This document shows, piece after piece, positions 28,173-36,713 of a stretch of DNA of 57,757 bases. The translations under genes and the position numbers were made by a program. The stretch lies in contig CAYRJZ010000006.1 in assembly GCA_964424775.1 (NCBI GenBank), positions 1-57,757 of the forward strand, written 5' to 3'. The notes beneath the pieces were generated by a model, which was given only the letters and a program-made list of their open reading frames with translations, had not been told where the DNA came from and did no database searches. This DNA comes from an uncultured Gammaproteobacteria bacterium. GTDB taxonomy: Bacteria > Patescibacteriota > Microgenomatia > Levybacterales > UBA12049. Positions within the stretch are counted from its first letter, which is position 1; each line of letters starts with the position of its first letter.

Positions 28173-28775
28173 ATGACAAATTTAAAACTTAAAATTGCTT
28201 CAGCTGCTGCAACAGCTGGACTCTTAGCAACATCTTTTGCTCCTGCAGCTTTTGCAGACACAGTTGTTGTTAAAGGAAATGGTGCTGACTCAACAAATAA
28301 AGTTAAGGTCAATAAAAAGACCAAGACTAAAGTTTCCCAAACAAACAACACAGCTGTTGTAAATCTCGTTGGTGTTATGCAAAACACTGGGGGAAATACA
28401 GCAAATAAAAATACAGGTGGAGATGTAACAGTTGGTAGTGGTGATGCCACTGCAACAGTGACAAATACAACAAAAACTGGGAACAACTCCGCAACTGTAA
28501 CAGGTTGCCCTTGTGAAGATAGTGATGACACTATCCGAATCAGTGGTAATGGTGCTGACTCAACGAATAAAGTTAAGTCAAACACTAAGACTAAAACAGT
28601 AGTCAGTCAGACCAATAATACACTTGTAGTCAATGGTGTTCTTGTTGCCCAAAACACAGGCGACAATCACGCTAATAAAAATACAGGTGGCGATGTTGAT
28701 GTAGATTCAGGAGAAGCAGATGCAACTGTTGAGAATACTACTACAACTGGTGCAAATACCGTTACTCTCGAGTAA
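28173..28775 (+). CDS. Secreted N/T/G-rich repeat protein (2 repeats), fibre-subunit candidate
   Basis: Signal peptide (…PAAFA); two GNGADS...QNTGxNxANKNTGGDVxVxSG units. Confidence 0.8.
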   Translation: MTNLKLKIASAAATAGLLATSFAPAAFADTVVVKGNGADSTNKVKVNKKTKTKVSQTNNTAVVNLVGVMQNTGGNTANKNTGGDVTVGSGDATATVTNTTKTGNNSATVTGCPCEDSDDTIRISGNGADSTNKVKSNTKTKTVVSQTNNTLVVNGVLVAQNTGDNHANKNTGGDVDVDSGEADATVENTTTTGANTVTLE

Positions 28776-28802
28776 GGTATAAATAACTTCTAGAAGGACA
28801 AG

Positions 28803-28841
28803 ACCCTGCCCGGCGTTGTCGACAAACGCAGCAGGGTTTTT
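28803..28841 (+). terminator. Intrinsic terminator with bulged long stem
   Basis: ACCCTGC...GCGTT/AACGC...GCAGGGT followed by T tract. Confidence 0.75.
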
Positions 28842-28924
28842 GTTTGAGAAAAGAAGACGTTATGGAGAATGACTGACTTTTCTTACTTTATTTTTATATT
28901 CAAAATCTATAGTATATATTTGCC

Positions 28925-29404
28925 ATGAGAAATCTTATCTATCCAGCATTACTTGTTATTACTGCACTTAGTTTTTCCTCAATTGCTCAGACTGAGGCAA
29001 AGACCTCAATCAATATCTCCAATAATTCTGATGGAGAAGACACAAGTATTAAAGTGAATAGTAATACGTCGACGTCTCAATCTACCTCAGTAAGTAGCAC
29101 AAGCGGCACAACGAGTGTCAGAATTGAAAATAATGGGGAAGTAAAAACGTTTGAGACCAAGGCAAATGAAGACTTTCACTATTCTTCAGACGATGGAAAG
29201 ACTAATATCGATATAGATTCATCAGCTGTTGTTAAAGAGAACGACACAGTTGTCACAGATGATAATAACGATGAAAAAGAAAAAAAGACAAATAAAACTG
29301 AAGTAAATAAAAAGCCTACAGAAGCTGAAAAAGCAGAAGTGAAATCATTTGTTGATTCACTTGTGAGCTCAATCCAAAGCTTCTTTTCTTCATTTTTTAA
29401 TTAA
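28925..29404 (+). CDS. Secreted Ser/Thr/Asp-rich protein
   Basis: Signal peptide, low-complexity core, amphipathic Phe-rich C-terminus. Confidence 0.65.
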   Translation: MRNLIYPALLVITALSFSSIAQTEAKTSINISNNSDGEDTSIKVNSNTSTSQSTSVSSTSGTTSVRIENNGEVKTFETKANEDFHYSSDDGKTNIDIDSSAVVKENDTVVTDDNNDEKEKKTNKTEVNKKPTEAEKAEVKSFVDSLVSSIQSFFSSFFN

Positions 29405-29462
29405 CCCGATCTCTTGACAAACACTGCAATTTCTTCCACTATTAGTTAAGAAAGGAGGATAA

Positions 29463-29621
29463 ATGGCAAAAAAGAAATCTGTCCCACTCCATAAACGAGG
29501 ATATCATAAAAAACTTGAAGAGCCAGTTCATAACCTTGTTGGATATGGAGCGCTTTTATTGTTAGCTCTTATTGTCCTTATTATGGTGTATAGTCTTCAG
29601 TGGTTTATGGTCAAACCATAA
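29463..29621 (+). CDS. Unannotated 52-aa single-TM protein (MAKKKSVPLHKRGYHKK...WFMVKP)
   Basis: SD AAAGGAGG, upstream TTGACA at 29414-29419, basic N-terminus plus TM; below ORF-track cutoff. Confidence 0.65.
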   Translation: MAKKKSVPLHKRGYHKKLEEPVHNLVGYGALLLLALIVLIMVYSLQWFMVKP

Positions 29622-29622
29622 A

Positions 29623-30180
29623 TTACTTCATATCTGCAAAGATAAGAAGTCTTTTCCAGTCTGTGCCAATTGGTGTGCATGTTTGAAGAATCAGATGATG
29701 TTTTGATTCTTTCAGAAGATAGTTAACTTCTGTGGGAAAGACTTCTTTTTTATTTTTTACTAAGTACGAATATTCTTTCCCCTCATACATAATTTTTATG
29801 TGATCATTAAGTTTCAGCTCGTTTAAGCGTAGAAAAACTGAGTTGTATCTTGTAATTTCCCAAGGCATTCCGGATGAATGAGCAAAGAGAAATATTGTTC
29901 CGTTTTCCCCAGGAAGTGACGTATTTTTTGCATGCGCAATTCCACGTTTCAGTGCCCCCATGTACTCGTCCCTATTAAATGGATCGACATTTTTAAGAAC
30001 AATACCTTCTGCTTTAATTGTAGGTATTACTAATGTAAATGATTGTGATTTTTCTTGTGCAGTAAGCTGTCGTGGAAAAAAATATGCACTCAGGACTGGA
30101 TAAAAAATTAAAACAAAACCGAAAAGTGAGGCAATAATAAGAATTGTTCCCAAATAATAAGAAATTGAACGCTTTTTCAT
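29623..30180 (-). CDS. Sortase (start probably ATG 30180)
   Basis: N-terminal TM; His (FAHSS), Cys (LQTCTP) and Arg (KRLL) triad. Confidence 0.92.
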   Translation of the reverse strand: MKKRSISYYLGTILIIASLFGFVLIFYPVLSAYFFPRQLTAQEKSQSFTLVIPTIKAEGIVLKNVDPFNRDEYMGALKRGIAHAKNTSLPGENGTIFLFAHSSGMPWEITRYNSVFLRLNELKLNDHIKIMYEGKEYSYLVKNKKEVFPTEVNYLLKESKHHLILQTCTPIGTDWKRLLIFADMK

Positions 30181-30216
30181 AAGGAGAATATTATAAGACA
30201 AGCATGTATTGAAAGC

Positions 30217-30240
30217 AAAAAAAATCCCCCGAAGGGGATT
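30217..30240 (-). terminator. Intrinsic terminator after the LPATG protein
   Basis: AATCCCC-TTCG-GGGGATT followed by T tract on the minus strand. Confidence 0.85.
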
Positions 30241-30243
30241 TCA

Positions 30244-31359
30244 CTATGCAAGTACAAAACCTGGTGACCTTCCGGATCTCAGTCTTAACACCGCACCAAA
30301 GAGGAGCATCAATAGATTGCCTAGAATAGCTAATAAGATCCAAGGATTTCCAGTAGCTGGAAGTACCTCACCAGTTGTTGTACCGAGTACACTGCCACCT
30401 GTTGGGTTGCTACCTCCAGTTGGATTGGTAGGTCCATTACCACCTGTTGGTGGATTTTCTGGCTCTTCAGGTTTTTCTGGTTCTTCAGGCTCTTCAGGTT
30501 CTTTATCACAGTTACAGTCAACTTTTACGACATTGTCGTTAATGTTATTCTCAATAAGAGCATCAAGGTCAATATCACCAGTTTTGATACTAACATCCCC
30601 GTTATTATCATCAGCAGTATTTTCACCTGTAAATAAGTTCCAGACACTATTATTGAAAATATCTGCGATATTATTTACGTTTACATTATTAACAGAATTA
30701 TTAAAGAAATTAACGTTATTAATACTCCCTGCGCCATTACCAGTGATGATAAGTGAAATACCGCCAAATGCTGATGTATTAAGCTGAACATAGGAACTGT
30801 TGACGTTATTAACAATCTTCTCACTTACTTTAATATTTCCTGTTTGAATTGAAACATTTCCACTATTTCCATTTGCAGTATTTCGACCAGTAATTGCTGT
30901 TCCATACACATTTGTTGTCACATGAGCTGTATTTGTAACAGTGACATTATTAGTAGTATTTGATCCATAATTAATTGTGTTGTTGGATTCAGAACCATTT
31001 CCAGAAATTTCCGCGGTACCTCCAGCAGACTGGCAACATCCTGTTTCAACATGTGACTGATTGAGTGTGTTGTTTACTTGAGTTGCTGTTGAAGAATCAC
31101 CCGATGAAATATTTGTATTCCCACCAGTGTTATCTGATGCTGAATTATCTCCAGTACTGCTGTTCGTTGTAACATCATTTGTGACTTCTGCTGTGTTATT
31201 CTGCTGGACTGTCGTGTTATTTGATGTCGTAACACTGATATCACTATTTGAACCACTTCCGTTTCCAGAAATGCTCAATTCTTCAGCTTGTACCGTTTTA
31301 ACTGATAAAGGCAAAACAGTTGCTGTTACTAATGCCAATAGTATTTTTTGTTTTTGCAT
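30244..31359 (-). CDS. Secreted N/G/T/S-rich repeat protein (3 repeats) with LPATG sorting signal
   Basis: Signal peptide, GNGSGS repeats, EPEEPE/PTGG linker, VLPATG + TM + RLR tail. Confidence 0.85.
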   Translation of the reverse strand: MQKQKILLALVTATVLPLSVKTVQAEELSISGNGSGSNSDISVTTSNNTTVQQNNTAEVTNDVTTNSSTGDNSASDNTGGNTNISSGDSSTATQVNNTLNQSHVETGCCQSAGGTAEISGNGSESNNTINYGSNTTNNVTVTNTAHVTTNVYGTAITGRNTANGNSGNVSIQTGNIKVSEKIVNNVNSSYVQLNTSAFGGISLIITGNGAGSINNVNFFNNSVNNVNVNNIADIFNNSVWNLFTGENTADDNNGDVSIKTGDIDLDALIENNINDNVVKVDCNCDKEPEEPEEPEKPEEPENPPTGGNGPTNPTGGSNPTGGSVLGTTTGEVLPATGNPWILLAILGNLLMLLFGAVLRLRSGRSPGFVLA

Positions 31360-31430
31360 AAAGTACTAAAAGTGTATACTTTTTTCTCTATTTACTGTTA
31401 GAGAAAATACAGAGGCAGATTATTTAATTG

Positions 31431-33614
31431 TTAGGCAGTTCGTCTATTGAGTACAAATCTTCGACTGAGATATGCACCTGCGAGGACAGGAAGCAGGAGC
31501 ATAGCCCAAGCTAAATTAATTCGAATGACATTTCTTTTTGCTGCATCAACAACAGAGTATGAAGCACCTTTCACTTGTGGTGTAGGCTGTGCAGAACCAT
31601 TACTATCAGTTAGGACAGCAACGTTTCCATTTCCGGTGTTCTGTGATGTAACAGTGTTGTTTGCATCTCCACTCCCGACAAGTGCAATTGTTTTTTGTTG
31701 TGTAACGACTGTTGGAGTAGGGGTAGGTACAGATTTGGTAGTTTCATTATTATCACTAGCTCCACCAATGTTATTACTATTATTTTGTGCTTGTGCAGTA
31801 TTTTCTTTTTTCTGACCAGGAGTTACGAAGTCGCCAAGCCAACTTCCAAAGACATTGACGACGGTTACGACGAGCTTACCGTTGCCTGCTATGTTGTTAT
31901 TAACAAAGTTCACCATGTTCGCTACGATATTAGCATCTCCAGTTGTGATATTAGAGTTGCCACCTGTATTTTTACTTGTGCTATTACCACCTGTGTTAGC
32001 TGAAAGATTTAGGTTGTTTACAATATCTGCATTATTGTCTTGAACAGTTGTTGAGTTATTGGTAACACTTGATGATGCGTCATTTGTTGATCCTGCACCA
32101 TTGCCAGTATTGGTAACGGTGATAAAGCCATTTTCATCAATAGTGTAGTCTGTACCTTGCACAGCTGCAAACTTTGTTCCCTCAGGTGCACCCATTATTT
32201 TACCCATCCAGTTACCAGCTTCATTGACAAGAACTATCCACCAATTACCGCCTGCAAGATTCATGTTCGCAATGTTAAGAACATTCGCGTCGATATTTGT
32301 ATCACCTGTTTTAATAGTACTGTTGCCACCAGTGTTATCACTTGCTGAGTTCTCACCAGTTGACGCATCAAAGATAAGATTGTTAGTAATATTTGCATCA
32401 TTCTCCTGGAATGTATTTGTATTATTTGTCGTTGATGAATTTGCTGTATTTGTAGAGCCAGAGCCATTCCCTGAATTAAGTGCTGTTGTTCCAAGTGCAT
32501 CAAATTGTGATTCGTCAAAGATAAGGTCCCCGATAAGATCACCAAAGATATTGACGACACCAAAGACTACATTTCCAGCGAGATTGTTGTTCGCAAAGGT
32601 AAGAACATTCGCTGCAACGTTTGCATCACCTGTCTCAATATTTGAGTCTCCACCTGTGTTTTTATTTGCCGTGTTATTACCTGAATCTGCTGAGAGATTT
32701 AAGTCGTTACCAATAAGTGCATCGTTCATTTGATACGTATTACTGTTATTTGTTACATCAGTATCAGCAGTGTTCTCACTGTCAACACCGTTTCCAGTGT
32801 TTCCTGCAAAGAGACTTCCCGTGCCACCACATCCTGAGACGCATGCAGCTCCAAAGTCAAGAACAATATCTCCAACATGATCATCAACGACATTGAATTC
32901 TGAGACCATAATTCCATCAGCATTCGTGTTAACGGATGTGATAACAGTTCCTGTTGTATTAGCATCACCAGTATTAATAGATGAATCTCCAACATTTTTA
33001 GAAGTGTCATTCTGACCGGTTACTGTTGCACCTGTAAGATTACTATTTACAACAGCTGCGTTATTTTGATACGTATTATCATTATTGACGACAGCCGCGG
33101 AACCGTTATTTGTTGAGTCTGCGCCATTACCAGAGTTAACAACGGTTGCTCCAGAACCTGACGTTCCTGCAGGAGATGTAGATGTATTGTTGTTACCTGC
33201 TGTAGAAATAATTCCTGATGATACAGCATCACCAGTCTTGACTTCGCTTGAACCGACCTGTCCGCTTTGCTGTTCATTTGCTGCAGCTTGTGTTGGAGTA
33301 GGGGTAGGAGTTGATTTCGTAGATGATGATTCTGTATTACTATTTTGCTCTTCAACTTCTTCTTGTTCTTCCTCTTCATCATCACTGTCATTATTTTGAA
33401 CATCACTAACAGCCTGTTCTACTGTTGGTGCAGTTGGCGCTGTTGGAGCACTTGGTGCTGTCGGTGCTGCAGGAGCTGTTGGAGCACTAGGCGCTGTAGG
33501 TGCAGTTGGCGCTGTTGGAACTTCCTGAGCGAATACTCGTGCTGGAACAGTATGAACTGTTACCATCATGAAAATTATAAAGTATGCAGTAATTTCTTTT
33601 AATATATTTGTCAT
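31431..33614 (-). CDS. Large secreted repeat protein (about 4 repeats) with C-terminal TM anchor
   Basis: Signal peptide, (APT)n linker, GNGxxS...NTGG...TGDA repeats, QVKGAS motif, TM and RR tail. Confidence 0.85.
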   Translation of the reverse strand: MTNILKEITAYFIIFMMVTVHTVPARVFAQEVPTAPTAPTAPSAPTAPAAPTAPSAPTAPTAPTVEQAVSDVQNNDSDDEEEEQEEVEEQNSNTESSSTKSTPTPTPTQAAANEQQSGQVGSSEVKTGDAVSSGIISTAGNNNTSTSPAGTSGSGATVVNSGNGADSTNNGSAAVVNNDNTYQNNAAVVNSNLTGATVTGQNDTSKNVGDSSINTGDANTTGTVITSVNTNADGIMVSEFNVVDDHVGDIVLDFGAACVSGCGGTGSLFAGNTGNGVDSENTADTDVTNNSNTYQMNDALIGNDLNLSADSGNNTANKNTGGDSNIETGDANVAANVLTFANNNLAGNVVFGVVNIFGDLIGDLIFDESQFDALGTTALNSGNGSGSTNTANSSTTNNTNTFQENDANITNNLIFDASTGENSASDNTGGNSTIKTGDTNIDANVLNIANMNLAGGNWWIVLVNEAGNWMGKIMGAPEGTKFAAVQGTDYTIDENGFITVTNTGNGAGSTNDASSSVTNNSTTVQDNNADIVNNLNLSANTGGNSTSKNTGGNSNITTGDANIVANMVNFVNNNIAGNGKLVVTVVNVFGSWLGDFVTPGQKKENTAQAQNNSNNIGGASDNNETTKSVPTPTPTVVTQQKTIALVGSGDANNTVTSQNTGNGNVAVLTDSNGSAQPTPQVKGASYSVVDAAKRNVIRINLAWAMLLLPVLAGAYLSRRFVLNRRTA
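33421..33520 (-). repeat. 9-bp-unit coding tandem repeat (PTA/PSA/PAA)n
   Basis: Encodes VPTAPTAPTAPSAPTAPAAPTAPSAPTAPTAPT. Confidence 0.8.
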
Positions 33615-33645
33615 AATTTTTAAAATATTATTTATTTAATTTCTA

Positions 33646-33700
33646 TATAAGAGTGTGGGGTGCTAATGGAAGTGCTCATCGACACCCCACAGTTCTTATA
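33646..33700. other. Long intergenic stem-loop between first and second repeat-protein genes
   Basis: TATAAGA-TGTGGGGTG pairs with CACCCCACA-TCTTATA; no U tract. Confidence 0.7.
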
Positions 33701-33702
33701 TC

Positions 33703-34938
33703 TTAGTTGTTACTAGCCCACCAAGACATGAACATACTCCACATGTTTAAATTCATGTCGAAGTCAAAGTCAAAGTCTGGAAGGTCAGCTGAGCCGATAA
33801 CGTTTTGGTTGCCTGCGTTTTTAACAGTAACCTCAGCATCTGAGTCTCCAGTTTCGATAGATGGATCAGAGATCGCATCTACTTCTCCTGTGTTGTCATC
33901 TGCATCGTTATCGCCTGTATCTCCGTCAACGTCGAGATCATTGTCGAGATCTGAATAGTTATCTTGGAAAAGACTTGCAGTCTCATCAAAGTTACCATAG
34001 ATATCGTTGTCTGAATCTGAACCGTTTCCGTTGATCTTTGCGAGTACGTCAAAGACGCATCCGCATCCTGCATCTGCAGCGTTAAAGTTAACCATGTTGT
34101 CAACTGTAACATCAGCATCAGCATCACCTGTGTCGATCATTACATCGCCACCTGTGTTGTCGTCTGCAGAATTGTCGCCTGTATCAGCATCTACGTCAAC
34201 GTCGTTATCAACATCTGCATTGTTATCTTGTGTGAGAACGAGTGCATTGTCGAAGTTGAGGTCGATTTCGTTGTCTGAATCAGAGCCGTTTCCGAGGATG
34301 TATGCTGAAACGAGTCCAGCTTCATCATCACCACCACCTACAACTGCTGAATTTGCATTAGCAGCTGTCATGATTTTAACGGTTGTGTCAGCGTCACCAG
34401 TTTCGATTTCTACATCTCCACCAGTGTTGTCATCTGCATCGTTGTCCCCAGTTTCTGCGTCAACGTCAACGTCGTTGTCGACATCAGCGTTGTTGTATTG
34501 GAAGACATTAGTTGTTGAATTGTTAGAAAGGTCTACATCATTATCTGAATCAGAACCATTTCCTGAAATAACAACCTTTGTATCACCAGTACAATTACCG
34601 CATCCACTTACATCAGCAGCATTACTATTAAGCTGGTTTTTGACTGTAACATTTGTTGAAGCATCACCTGTGTTAACTTTTACATTACCACCTGTGTTAC
34701 CTGAAGCTGAGTTATCGCCAGTTGTAGCGTTAACAGTTACGTTATTACTAACGTTAGCTGTGTTGTTTTGAACAACGTTAAGTGAACTTGATTGTGAAAC
34801 ATTTGCAGTATTGTTAGATCCTGATCCGTTTCCAGAAAGAGTGATCTCAGTAGCTGCAAGTGTCATTGGAGCTAAAGCATGGAGTAAGACTGATCCGGTT
34901 GCGATAGCTGTTGCGATTCGTGTTTTGTAATTTGTCAT
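33703..34938 (-). CDS. Secreted Asp/Asn-rich repeat protein (4 repeats of about 89 aa), major-subunit candidate (start ATG 34938)
   Basis: SD AAAGGGGG; signal peptide similar to that of 28173; four GNGSxS...Q.N.A.V.N.V...TGDNxAxxNTGG...TGDA units. Confidence 0.85.
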   Translation of the reverse strand: MTNYKTRIATAIATGSVLLHALAPMTLAATEITLSGNGSGSNNTANVSQSSSLNVVQNNTANVSNNVTVNATTGDNSASGNTGGNVKVNTGDASTNVTVKNQLNSNAADVSGCGNCTGDTKVVISGNGSDSDNDVDLSNNSTTNVFQYNNADVDNDVDVDAETGDNDADDNTGGDVEIETGDADTTVKIMTAANANSAVVGGGDDEAGLVSAYILGNGSDSDNEIDLNFDNALVLTQDNNADVDNDVDVDADTGDNSADDNTGGDVMIDTGDADADVTVDNMVNFNAADAGCGCVFDVLAKINGNGSDSDNDIYGNFDETASLFQDNYSDLDNDLDVDGDTGDNDADDNTGEVDAISDPSIETGDSDAEVTVKNAGNQNVIGSADLPDFDFDFDMNLNMWSMFMSWWASNN

Positions 34939-35036
34939 TATATTTGTCACCCCCTTTCTTGACTATGATTCCGTTTCCACCAAATGGTGAATTGGGCACT
35001 TCATCCGCTTTCCTGTCTAAGGCCTGAGGCTTGGAC

Positions 35037-35092
35037 AAAAAAACGGAAACATATCCTTCTAAATTACTTAGGAAGATGTGCTTCCGCTTTTT
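35037..35092 (-). terminator. Second leader terminator (attenuator candidate)
   Basis: GCGGAAGCACATCTTCCTAA/TTAGAAGGATATGTTTCCGT imperfect stem followed by T7. Confidence 0.75.
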
Positions 35093-35215
35093 GAGTTCTT
35101 TTTTGTTGTAATAAATTACTTGTATTCATTTGAGTTATTAAGATAATCGATTTCTTTTTGTGTTCTCTGTAAGGTTTCTCACATCCTTACAATCTATTTA
35201 CAAAACATTGTCCAC

Positions 35216-35258
35216 AAAAAAAGGCACCGTCATTTCTAATCATTTAGAAATAGGTGCC
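35216..35258 (-). terminator. First leader terminator, overlapping the leader motif
   Basis: GGCACC-ATTTCTAA/TTAGAAAT-GGTGCC followed by T7; 5' arm begins inside the GGAGGCA of the motif. Confidence 0.8.
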
Positions 35259-35275
35259 TCCGTTTACGGTCAGCT
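35255..35275 (-). promoter_or_regulatory. Leader motif copy 2 (AGCTGACCGTAAACGGAGGCA)
   Basis: 18/21 identical to 26185-26205. Confidence 0.7.
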
Positions 35276-35318
35276 CTTTATTTAATTTAGAAATTAAATA
35301 AAACTACTTAATGAGCAA

Positions 35319-35347
35319 AATATAATTGAATAAAAAATGTATGTCAA
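35319..35347 (-). promoter_or_regulatory. Sigma70 promoter TTGACA-17-TATATT
   Basis: Near-consensus promoter immediately downstream of the YezD-like gene. Confidence 0.75.
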
Positions 35348-35356
35348 TACCCAAAA

Positions 35357-35554
35357 TTATATTTTTACAGTATGCCCATTAGGAATATGTGAATTTGTCT
35401 TTTTGATATTGCGCTCTGTAATTTGAACAACTTTATAGTCCTGTACGTAGATCTCGACGCTTCCCCAACCGCGGATATTATTTAATGCTTCAACAATTTC
35501 TGCAATAAGTTCAGGACTAATTTTATTCATTGTCTTAGTTGTCTTTGTATTCAT
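35357..35554 (-). CDS. YezD/DUF2292-like small protein (alternative start 35530)
   Basis: IVEALNNIRGWGSVEIYVQDYKVVQITERN matches the recalled DUF2292 pattern (I..I..GSVEI.VQDG.V.QI). Confidence 0.7.
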   Translation of the reverse strand: MNTKTTKTMNKISPELIAEIVEALNNIRGWGSVEIYVQDYKVVQITERNIKKTNSHIPNGHTVKI

Positions 35555-35586
35555 AGAGCAGTCTGAGAAATAAAGGAACTGGTATC

Positions 35587-36204
35587 CTACTTAGTAAGAT
35601 TTAACTTAATTGTTTCTTTCTTACCTGTAAGTTCACCTACAAGAAGAGTAAGATTTTTATCTGAATCATTTATTGGGAATCCAAGTCGAGTTGGTTTGGT
35701 TGAGTCAGCTAAAATCTCAACAGGGTCGTTATGAATATCTGCTGCAATTTTTTCGCTACTATTATTAACTGTCAATCGAACATAATCTCGTGCATTTACA
35801 GCGATCGTTTTATTATATGAGTTCGTAATTTTAGCATTGAGAATTAAAAATGTTCTTCCTTCAACAGAGATTGCTCTTTTTCCTTTTACAATAACTTCGT
35901 CACGAATTTCAGCATTTTCAAGGACAAATTTTAATTTACTTACTTCTTTTCCATTCGTGTCTTTAAGTGAGAATTCGTATGTTTTATTAAGATTTTGGGT
36001 TGCTTCTGGTTTGGCAATTGTTACTTTTGTACTATTATCACCAACTGCAATTGTTTCTTTATTACTATTTGCAACTGCGAAGAAAAGTGCACCTAAAATT
36101 AGAAGAGCTGCGATAAGTCCTGGGAAGAAAAACTTTTGTCGAGTAATTTTTTTGTAGTCAAATTTATGTAATGAGTGATCCATATCTATAAAAAAACTCT
36201 GCAA
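35587..36204 (-). CDS. Membrane-anchored Ig-fold protein, possibly DUF4352-like
   Basis: TM followed by FLILNAKITN and V.I.ADST...LGF patterns. Confidence 0.55.
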   Translation of the reverse strand: MQSFFIDMDHSLHKFDYKKITRQKFFFPGLIAALLILGALFFAVANSNKETIAVGDNSTKVTIAKPEATQNLNKTYEFSLKDTNGKEVSKLKFVLENAEIRDEVIVKGKRAISVEGRTFLILNAKITNSYNKTIAVNARDYVRLTVNNSSEKIAADIHNDPVEILADSTKPTRLGFPINDSDKNLTLLVGELTGKKETIKLNLTK

Positions 36205-36250
36205 GGGGCAGAGCAGTATGGCCGGATATTACCAAGGAAAATTTGATGTG

Positions 36251-36706
36251 TCAAGAGCTTTTTACACTTATAGTAATTTTGGTCCGTTTTTCCTCATTTT
36301 TCTTTTCAATTTTTATACTCAGGATGTAGTTTTGCACATTTCCGGAAATTTCATACTGAAAAAAATTGTTACTATTATTTTTAATAACCGATTTATTTTC
36401 TACGTGAATTTTTGAGAGAATCTCCTCATACCATTTCACAATTCGATCAAAATCATCCACACTTTCTAACACAAGATCATCTTGTGTAAAATTTTTTATT
36501 ACTGAATTTGGATAAACAAAAGGCAGTTGGAATGTTCTTTTATTATTTACCCTCTCAGTAGTAGGACTTGGGGTAGGTGAGACAGAAGATGAGATGTTTA
36601 ACTGAAGAGGAGAATTTGGATCGCTGAATGTAGTCTGCATTCTGAGCATAATAATAAGAGTAATCCCCAATATAAGAAGTATTCGAAGCGAATGCATGAG
36701 AGGCAT
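36251..36706 (-). CDS. Hypothetical single-TM protein
   Basis: TM plus SPTPSPT linker plus small domain. Confidence 0.55.
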   Translation of the reverse strand: MPLMHSLRILLILGITLIIMLRMQTTFSDPNSPLQLNISSSVSPTPSPTTERVNNKRTFQLPFVYPNSVIKNFTQDDLVLESVDDFDRIVKWYEEILSKIHVENKSVIKNNSNNFFQYEISGNVQNYILSIKIEKKNEEKRTKITISVKSS

Positions 36707-36713
36707 TATATCA

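Noticed and set aside
30209-34771. Long antisense ORFs over the repeat-protein genes (30209-30787, 32224-32733, 34007-34771 and others)
   Set aside because: Shadows of Asn/Thr/Gly/Asp codon patterns with few antisense stops; no SD or recognisable motifs.
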